NCBI GenBank assembly: GCA_017449075.1
Contig: JAFSKG010000044.1
Span: 4,339 to 68,338, forward strand
Source: Lachnospiraceae bacterium
GTDB taxonomy: Bacteria > Bacillota > Clostridia > Lachnospirales > Lachnospiraceae
Direction: 5' to 3'
DNA length: 64,000 nt
Shown here: in pieces, positions 19,431 to 26,016 of the stretch
Layout of the letters: the number at the start of each line of letters is the position of its first letter
Position numbering within the stretch: the first letter of the stretch is position 1
The notes under the pieces: generated by a model
Database searches by the model: none
The model's input: the letters and a program-made list of their open reading frames with translations, nothing else
What the model was told of the DNA's origin: nothing
Program-made: the position numbers and the translations under genes

Positions 19431-19855
19431 TAGATTCCTAATCCTTCCATCTTTCTTGACATCTCATCTGAATCATCAAAATTATTTTTCTTTTTAAACA
19501 TCTCGGTATCCCAAAGTTCTATGTGATCACCAACTCCTAAAAATGTTATGTCTTGTTTAAGACCTGCAACATTTCTAAGTGCGATAGTTAGTTGGACTCT
19601 TCCCATCTTGTCAGGTGATACATCTGTTGCTCTACCAATAAATATTCTTTTAAACTCTCTTGCACTTGGATTTGAATAAGGTAACGCATTTATTTTTTCA
19701 GAAAACTTATCCCAAGTTTCTTTATCATATATCTCAAGGCATTCATCTATTCCTTTTGTAATCACAAAAACTTCTCCAAGTAAGTTTCTAAACTTATTTG
19801 GAATAATTAGTCGACCTTTTTGATCAATTGTGTGATTGTACTCACCTGTAAACAT
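19430..19855 (-). CDS. mraZ: Transcriptional regulator MraZ
   Basis: Starts MFTGEYNHTIDQKGRLIIP, with a second SpoVT/AbrB-like half (DKMGRVQLT). It is the first gene of the dcw cluster. Confidence 0.93.
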   Translation of the reverse strand: MFTGEYNHTIDQKGRLIIPNKFRNLLGEVFVITKGIDECLEIYDKETWDKFSEKINALPYSNPSAREFKRIFIGRATDVSPDKMGRVQLTIALRNVAGLKQDITFLGVGDHIELWDTEMFKKKNNFDDSDEMSRKMEGLGI

Positions 19856-19968
19856 AAACTGATTTTTAATGAATTGACTTATATTTTAAAAATTAAAATA
19901 ATAAAAATAATATTTTAGATAAAATAAGGAGGGATGTGAAAAGCGGCACATGGAGGGCATGTTATTTT

Positions 19969-20108
19969 GCCACTTTTTTACACTATCCCCCACTTATTGA
20001 GTATATTTTACCACTTTTTTGTAAAAAGTCAATACTTTTTTTCATTAAAATTAAAAATATTTGCTCCTTTAAAATTAGCCACTTTTTGCCCATTTTCAGC
20101 CATTTTTT
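19969..20108 (-). promoter_or_regulatory. Two arrays of direct repeats resembling MraZ boxes
   Basis: Read on the minus strand. The proximal array is AAGTGG at 20011-20016, 19990-19995 and 19970-19975 (spacing 21 and 20 bp). The distal array is TGGCT-N5-TGGGC-N6-TGGCT within 20078-20108 (period 10-11 bp). Confidence 0.5.
20005..20032 (-). promoter_or_regulatory. Predicted sigma-A promoter of mraZ (Pmra)
   Basis: On the minus strand: -35 TTGACT (20027-20032), a 16-nt spacer, then an extended -10 TGGTAAAAT (-10 at 20005-20010). Confidence 0.55.
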
Positions 20109-20116
20109 GGCATTTA

Positions 20117-20125
20117 TGGTATAAT
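20117..20125 (+). promoter_or_regulatory. Extended -10 element (TGGTATAAT) for the divergent lipoprotein gene
   Basis: A TGnTATAAT match ending 6 nt before the ATG at 20132. No SD lies in between. Confidence 0.45.
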
Positions 20126-20131
20126 AACATC

Positions 20132-21208
20132 ATGTATAAAATATTTAGAAAACTAATCTCTATATCTTTTGTATCCATTATTCTATTTGCATGCTCAAGT
20201 AACCCAGATTCTACACTGAATCACCCACCAAAAAATAATGATAAAAACATATTAATGCAATCTGAAGCAAGCAAAGAAAGCAGGGATTCATCTAGTGATA
20301 AATCAATAATTATAGATAAGGACTATGGCAGAGGTGATAAAGATATAGTTATATTTTCTACCAATGACACTCTCTCTTCATTTAACGATAATCTTGGTGT
20401 CGCTAGCATAAAATATTATATTGATCACTTTGATAGAGATGAAAATTTTGTAACATTAGTTGACACTGGAAATTTTTCTGCAGGAACTGAAGAAGCTATA
20501 AAATCAAAAGGGAAGGTTTCAATAGAGATTATGAATGAACTCGGATACGATATAGTAGTTCCAGGAAGTCTTGAGTTCAATTACGGAATAGATACGTTTT
20601 ATGAGAATATGAAGTTGCTTAAATCGCATATTGTATGCTGCAATATGTATGATGTAAAAAGAAAATCGTTTCCTTTTCTACCTTATGTCATTTACAAATA
20701 CAATGACATCAATATTGCATTTGTAGGTGTCACAAGCCCAGAGGCTCTTTTGATAAAAGATAACTATGAGAAATTTTTTGACGAAAATGGAAATCAATTA
20801 ATATACTTTTTTGAAGACGAAACAGGTGATGCATTATACAAACAAGTGCAGACTGCAGTAGATACTGCAAAAGCAGAAGGTGCTGACAAGGTTATTCTTC
20901 TCTCCCATTTGGGTATAGAAGGAATTACAGAAAAATGGTCGACTACAAAAGTTGTAGCCAATACAAAAGACATAGATGCAGTAATAGATGGTCATTCAAT
21001 GGAAGTTCTCGATAATGGTTTAATGATAAATAAAGTTGGAGCATTTATACCAATGGTTCAAGCAGGATCAAAATACAAATATCTTGGAGCTATGAATATA
21101 ACAAATGAAGATTATATCTATCCTGCAGTTATGAAAGAGAGATCTGTAAACAAACGAGATGAAGCATTTCAAGAATTAGTAGATAAAATTTTAGAAGAAT
21201 ATAAATAA
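20132..21208 (+). CDS. Lipoprotein with a 5'-nucleotidase/metallophosphatase-like fold but degenerate catalytic motifs
   Basis: Lipobox signal MYKIFRKLISISFVSIILFAC. It aligns by eye to the UshA/YfkN N-domain motifs, but the metal ligands are substituted (NDTLS, TGN, GSLEFN, GHSM). I chose the start at the internal ATG. The 55-aa N-terminal extension in the track overlaps the mraZ promoter. Confidence 0.7.
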   Translation: MYKIFRKLISISFVSIILFACSSNPDSTLNHPPKNNDKNILMQSEASKESRDSSSDKSIIIDKDYGRGDKDIVIFSTNDTLSSFNDNLGVASIKYYIDHFDRDENFVTLVDTGNFSAGTEEAIKSKGKVSIEIMNELGYDIVVPGSLEFNYGIDTFYENMKLLKSHIVCCNMYDVKRKSFPFLPYVIYKYNDINIAFVGVTSPEALLIKDNYEKFFDENGNQLIYFFEDETGDALYKQVQTAVDTAKAEGADKVILLSHLGIEGITEKWSTTKVVANTKDIDAVIDGHSMEVLDNGLMINKVGAFIPMVQAGSKYKYLGAMNITNEDYIYPAVMKERSVNKRDEAFQELVDKILEEYK

Positions 21209-21245
21209 GAGCCTTGCGGCTCTTATTTAATTGATTTTGATTTTT
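21208..21245. terminator. Terminator between convergent genes
   Basis: AGAGCC-TTGC-GGCTCT hairpin (21208-21223). T-rich tracts follow on both strands. Confidence 0.65.
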
Positions 21246-21253
21246 ATACTAAA

Positions 21254-21886
21254 TTAGTCTTTCTTCTCTCTTTCCTTATTAACAAATGCTTCCATAGATA
21301 CTACTGTCAAAGCATAGAGCATAGTAGGTATTCCATTCATGATTAAAGACATCTGTAATTTATAAGGCATTGCACTATATAGAGGCATATTTCTAGATAC
21401 AGTAACTACTAGTCCAATCTTAGAAACTACAACTAACAAGAAATAGATAGTCATTACTGCTTTATTAATGTTAATTGCAACTTTGCTTGCTTTTCCTGTA
21501 AAGTTGATAACAAAATGATTGATGTACAATATCAAAAGAATAACAGATGTAACAATCAGTGTAATGCCCCTAAATGTAATATTATTAACATTTAAAAAAT
21601 CAAGTGCATGTTTCATATCAGAGAAAACCGGCTCAATTATAGCGCTATACTCTGCTAAGTTTTTTCCTAAAACTAATTGCAAAAGTGACGCAGTCAATAC
21701 TTTCATCAATTCTTTATGCTCAACTCTGTTGAAAATAATCATTAACAACAAAAATATAACTATTAACACATTGCCAAAAATAGATACAACACTGTGGCTT
21801 AATAAATTGGCTGACATCACAGTGACAACTACAGATAGTGCAGCACATGCATAAAAGAATCTCTTATTCTCAATAAAACTAAACAT
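21254..21886 (-). CDS. Hypothetical polytopic membrane protein
   Basis: About 210 aa with 5-6 hydrophobic helices and no recognisable motif. The start is set at the ATG at 21886, behind a strong SD (GGGAGG). Confidence 0.55.
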   Translation of the reverse strand: MFSFIENKRFFYACAALSVVVTVMSANLLSHSVVSIFGNVLIVIFLLLMIIFNRVEHKELMKVLTASLLQLVLGKNLAEYSAIIEPVFSDMKHALDFLNVNNITFRGITLIVTSVILLILYINHFVINFTGKASKVAININKAVMTIYFLLVVVSKIGLVVTVSRNMPLYSAMPYKLQMSLIMNGIPTMLYALTVVSMEAFVNKEREKKD

Positions 21887-22037
21887 ATACTTTCCTCCCA
21901 ACATGCCCTAAATATTATATCAAAATTATCCATAAAATACAAGAATTATGCTAACTTTGGAATATTTTTTTTACAACTACGTATTCTGTAAGAAATATTT
22001 GTCTCGCATGCATTTTTTTTCTTTAATTCCTATTATA

Positions 22038-22787
22038 CTAATACGCCATCGCCTCTTCTGGTGTCAGCCAAAAATGAATCCCATGCGTAGATTCCATCCA
22101 TCTATCAGGATTAAAACTATCTGGAAAAACATATTCACCTAATGTATATTTAAAATCAGTTGATGCACATAGTGACCAAGCTTCAGTGTAATGCTCCTTA
22201 TAGTCAAATGATGTAATATTTATCACTTTTGCTTTGTCACATCTACAAGGTCTAGTAGTAGAACATACTCTTCTCGCATCAGCCGGTATCAATAAAGTTA
22301 CAAGCAAGTCATTAAAACATTTTTTATATCCAAGAAAAGCTCCAGTCTCAGGACAATGCATTTTATAATTTTCAGTCTTATCGTCAATTATTATGCCATC
22401 ATGATTAGATCCTTCCATAATGGTGCATGAAAACTTTGTTCCTCTACAATCTGCCTTATGGAAATTAGCAAATCTCATATCACAATTTTTTAGTATGGCA
22501 CCTTGCAAGTTAGCACTATCAAAATTTACATTTTCAAATCTAGTCCCTGTAAAATCACAGTTTGATAAATTAGAATTTGCAAAATTTATGTTGTCCCCAA
22601 TCGCATCTGTAAAGTCAATTCCATGCAAATCAAGATTTGATAGGTCTGTGCCTTTATCAAACTCTGCTTTTATTAACTTACGATTGAAATCTTTACTGTT
22701 TATTAATTTTTCTAATTCGTCTCTATTCATAAGTTGTTCAAAAATAATTATAGTTTTATCTTTTAAAGCTGTTATTTCCCATACCAC
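22038..22787 (-). CDS. Pentapeptide-repeat protein with a Cys-rich C-terminal domain of unknown function
   Basis: The central region (about residues 45-125) is built of A(D/N)LxX-type pentapeptides (DLSNLDLHGIDFTDAIGDNINFANSNLSNCDFTGTRFENVNFDSANLQGAILKNCDMRFANF). The C-terminal ~110 aa contain HCPETG...CSTTRPCRCDKAKV...GIHFWLTPEEA. The start is uncertain: GTG at 22787 or ATG at 22730, neither with an SD. Confidence 0.65.
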   Translation of the reverse strand: MVWEITALKDKTIIIFEQLMNRDELEKLINSKDFNRKLIKAEFDKGTDLSNLDLHGIDFTDAIGDNINFANSNLSNCDFTGTRFENVNFDSANLQGAILKNCDMRFANFHKADCRGTKFSCTIMEGSNHDGIIIDDKTENYKMHCPETGAFLGYKKCFNDLLVTLLIPADARRVCSTTRPCRCDKAKVINITSFDYKEHYTEAWSLCASTDFKYTLGEYVFPDSFNPDRWMESTHGIHFWLTPEEAMAY

Positions 22788-22912
22788 TAATTTAGCATAT
22801 TTGTAAAAATTGTCAATGCAATAATAAAAATATTATTAACACATTGATAGGAATTTTAGCACCCACCATCTTATTCTCATATAAAGATAGTCATAATTGC
22901 GAGGGCATCCGA

Positions 22913-23800
22913 TTATTCCACCCTCCTATAATAGTTATTAATTGTCATCTCTATAAAACCATTTAGTTCAAGAGACATTATTACATTTAGACATTTTGTT
23001 ACTGGCAGCTTTACTTTCTCAACTATCTGGTCAATATGTAATGTATCTTTTTGAAGCGTATCATATATGACTCTTTCAAAATAATCCAATGTGCTTATGT
23101 CCTTTTCTTTCTTTGGCAATATGCCATCGACAACAAGCCCAAGATGTTCTAAGACATCATCAGCAGATGTAAGAATATATGCGCCTTGTTTTATAAGATT
23201 ATTTGTTCCTCGACTAAGCGAGTCCCCTACTCTTCCCGGGCATGCAAATATAGTTTTACCTTGCTCAAGTGCATAGTCTGCTGTAATTAGCGACCCACTT
23301 TTGTCTCTAGCTTCTACAACTATAACCACATCAGAAAGACCTGATATAATTCTATTTCGAAGCGGGAAATTATATGGTAGTGGTGGCATGCCAATTTCTA
23401 GTTCTGAAATTATTCCCCCTCCATAATCAAGTATTCTCTCATACACATTTGAATTATGAGATGGAAAGCAAATGTCAACTCCACAGCCTAATACTGCAAA
23501 TGTCGGCTTTTCGACTTCTATTGACCCAATATGTCCTGCAGTATCTATTCCCATCGCAAGACCTGATATAACTTGCACATCATTAAGGGACAATATTCTC
23601 GCTATAGTTTTCGCAAGTGTCAAACCATAGTCAGATGCATTTCTTGCACCGACTATTGCTACAGTTTTCTTATTTGGGTCTGGTAGCTTACCTCTCAAAT
23701 ATAATTTTTCAGGTGCACCTTTAATTTTCACTAATCTTTCCGGGTAATCAATATCACCCTTACTTACAATTCTATAATCACTAAAACTCTTTCTATTCAT
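22913..23800 (-). CDS. dprA: DNA-processing protein DprA (Smf)
   Basis: Motifs VAIVGARNASDYG and GLAMGIDTAGH, a Rossmann-type DprA core and a C-terminal winged-helix-like tail. SD is AAGGAG. Confidence 0.9.
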   Translation of the reverse strand: MNRKSFSDYRIVSKGDIDYPERLVKIKGAPEKLYLRGKLPDPNKKTVAIVGARNASDYGLTLAKTIARILSLNDVQVISGLAMGIDTAGHIGSIEVEKPTFAVLGCGVDICFPSHNSNVYERILDYGGGIISELEIGMPPLPYNFPLRNRIISGLSDVVIVVEARDKSGSLITADYALEQGKTIFACPGRVGDSLSRGTNNLIKQGAYILTSADDVLEHLGLVVDGILPKKEKDISTLDYFERVIYDTLQKDTLHIDQIVEKVKLPVTKCLNVIMSLELNGFIEMTINNYYRRVE

Positions 23801-23823
23801 AATACTCCTTGACTAATAAATAC

Positions 23824-24396
23824 TTATGTGATAGAATCATTAAAAGTAGGAACAACGTCTTGCTTTCGCAAGGCGGCGGTTCCTATTTTTTTGCGTTGAA
23901 ATACTTTTAATATTTCAGTTTCTTTAAAGACAATACATAATGTCATAAAATTACATTGTATATCGTAGAATAGCTTCTCAACTTTATTTAATATAGCATT
24001 ATTACTTATGTTTAAACTGCTTACATTAATCATTATGTTTGTAGATTGACCCTTTGCCGAATTTATAGCATGTTTAAATGTCCATTTACTACATCTTATA
24101 GGTGATTTAATCTCAATTAATTCCCCATCTACCATTATATCAGCTAGTTTAATATTTGTATTGCTTCCAGATATTTCTGGCAATAGTACTACATCTTTTC
24201 CATACTTTAATGATAATATTGTAGCTATTCTTATCTCTTCAATTCTAGATTTTTTATGAATATAAGTACCATTATCTCCAACAAAATATTGTTTGCCATT
24301 AATAATAATTCCATCACAAATTGAATATGAACCTTTTTTCGTTTTTCTTATCCATAAATTTGTAATATCACTATACACTTTTTTCCTATTAGACAT
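23824..24396 (-). CDS. Hypothetical protein with a PD-(D/E)xK-like nuclease motif
   Basis: 190 aa. The motif order is helix E (IEEIRIATIL), strand VVLLPE, then LADIMVDG followed by ELIEIK (D...ExK). It is visibly more AT-rich than its neighbours, and only 5 nt separate it from the comM stop. Confidence 0.45.
   Translation of the reverse strand: MSNRKKVYSDITNLWIRKTKKGSYSICDGIIINGKQYFVGDNGTYIHKKSRIEEIRIATILSLKYGKDVVLLPEISGSNTNIKLADIMVDGELIEIKSPIRCSKWTFKHAINSAKGQSTNIMINVSSLNISNNAILNKVEKLFYDIQCNFMTLCIVFKETEILKVFQRKKIGTAALRKQDVVPTFNDSIT
23848..23892 (+). terminator. GC-rich hairpin plus T7 tract, canonical in the plus orientation, embedded in the 3' end of the minus-strand ORF
   Basis: AGGAAC (23848-23853) pairs with GTTCCT (23879-23884). 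An inner stem pairs CGTCTTGC with GCAAGGCG. T7 follows at 23886-23892. Confidence 0.45.
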
Positions 24397-24401
24397 AATA
24401 T

Positions 24402-25943
24402 TTAGTGATATACCTTGTCTTCCAGGCTCCTATAATTGCATGCCTCTACTAAATGCTCAACTTTTATTGTATCGGACTTCGCCATATCCGCTATAGTTCG
24501 TGCCACTTTTAACACTTTGTGATATGTTCTTGCTGAAAGTTTTTTTACATTAAAAATCTTTCGTAGATATTCTTTCTCTTCCGCCCCTACATCACAAAAC
24601 TTTTTAATCTCTTTAGTCGTCATCTGTGAGTTGAATTTAATATTTTTATAATTCTTAAATCTCTCTTTTTGTATTTCTCTGCACTCTTCAACTCTCTTTC
24701 TTATCACTTCAGATTTTTCCCCATTACCTTCTCCACTACTAAGCTCACTAAACTTTATTGGTGAACTTTCAACGCAGATGTCTATCCTCTCTAAGATCGG
24801 CTTGCTGATACTTCTTTGATATCTCTCTATCGCCATCTCACTACAATTGCATTTATTTCTATCAGGAAAGTGCCCGCATGGACATAGGTTCATAGCCGCT
24901 ACAAGCATAAAATTTGCCGGATAGGAATACGAACCTTGAAGTCTTGATATTGTTATCGCTTTTTCTTCAAGTGGCTCTCTCAAAGTTTCTATAGCCATCT
25001 TTGAGAAATGCGGCAGCTCATCAAGAAACAAGACACCATTTGAAGCGAGTGATATTTCCCCAGGTCGCGGATAGATGCCTCCACCAATCAAGCTTGTAAT
25101 AGAAATCGAATGATGGGGATTTCTAAAAGGTCTAACTGTCATAAGAGTTTTATTTCTAAGTTCACCAGCCACTGAATAAACTTTAGTAATCTCTATAGCC
25201 TCATCTATAGAAAGTTTGGGCATGATAGTAGGTATTCTTTTGGCAATCATTGTCTTACCCGTTCCCGCAGAGCCTGAGATAATTATGTTGTGAAATCCTG
25301 CGACTGCAACTTCGCACGCTCTCTTCAAAAATGTCTGACCACTTACATCAGAAAAATCCAAATAATAATTGTCAACTTCTTTAATTTCTTCAAACTTAGG
25401 TCTTTTAAAATTTGAAAATGACTCTTCGCTTTCCAAAAGACACAACAATTCATTCAAGCTTTCTACCGAAACTATATCGATACCATCAACTACAAGTGCT
25501 TCCTGTTCATTTTCTCTCGGGACTACAACTCCTCTTATACCTTGTTCTTTGAGACCTGAAATCATAGAGAGCATTCCTTTCACGCCTACAATTTCACCAC
25601 TCAAATTTAATTCACCTATAAAGGCATACTCTTCAATCAAGTCACAGACTACTGGCTTAATCATCTCAAGTGATTTGAGTATTGCAACTGCTATAGGCAA
25701 ATCAAAAGCGGTCCCATCCTTCCTGATGTCGGCTGGGGCAATGTTAATTGTTACTTTCTTTGCTGGGATTTCAATATTAGAATTTTTTAGAGCTGTGCGG
25801 ACACGATCGCCCGCTTCTTTGACAGAACCTGCAAGGTTTCCAACCATGGAGAAGTTGGGCAAACCATTGCTACTATCAGCTTCCACATAAGTGAGTACTC
25901 CGTTAATACCCCTTATGGTTTCGCATAATACTTTTGAATACAT
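24402..25943 (-). CDS. comM: YifB/ComM family Mg-chelatase-like AAA+ ATPase (competence helicase ComM)
   Basis: N-terminal Lon-protease-like domain (VEADSSNGLPNFSMVG), Walker A GSAGTGKT and Walker B LFLDELPHF, plus a Cys cluster CPCGHF...CNC. The start is probably M15 (MYSKVLCE). Confidence 0.88.
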   Translation of the reverse strand: MYSKVLCETIRGINGVLTYVEADSSNGLPNFSMVGNLAGSVKEAGDRVRTALKNSNIEIPAKKVTINIAPADIRKDGTAFDLPIAVAILKSLEMIKPVVCDLIEEYAFIGELNLSGEIVGVKGMLSMISGLKEQGIRGVVVPRENEQEALVVDGIDIVSVESLNELLCLLESEESFSNFKRPKFEEIKEVDNYYLDFSDVSGQTFLKRACEVAVAGFHNIIISGSAGTGKTMIAKRIPTIMPKLSIDEAIEITKVYSVAGELRNKTLMTVRPFRNPHHSISITSLIGGGIYPRPGEISLASNGVLFLDELPHFSKMAIETLREPLEEKAITISRLQGSYSYPANFMLVAAMNLCPCGHFPDRNKCNCSEMAIERYQRSISKPILERIDICVESSPIKFSELSSGEGNGEKSEVIRKRVEECREIQKERFKNYKNIKFNSQMTTKEIKKFCDVGAEEKEYLRKIFNVKKLSARTYHKVLKVARTIADMAKSDTIKVEHLVEACNYRSLEDKVYH

Positions 25944-25999
25944 ACGCCTTTCTGATAGTTTCCGCTGTGACTTATATTGTAGCATATATTCTGTAAAAA

Positions 26000-26008
26000 T
26001 GCTATAAT
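26000..26008 (+). promoter_or_regulatory. Extended -10 (TGCTATAAT) directly upstream of the activase-fusion gene
   Basis: A TGnTATAAT match at 26000-26008, with the ATG at 26017 and no SD. A second TATAAT lies at 26011-26016. Confidence 0.45.
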
Positions 26009-26016
26009 ATTATAAT

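Noticed and set aside
19936-20131. The 62-aa plus-strand ORF (19936-20124) and the 55-aa N-terminal extension of the lipoprotein ORF (19967-20131). Two GGAGGG sequences on the plus strand look like SDs.
   Set aside because: SD-to-start spacing is only 1-3 nt, the peptides are low-complexity Phe/Leu/Ile strings typical of T-rich DNA, and the region is the mraZ promoter and leader.
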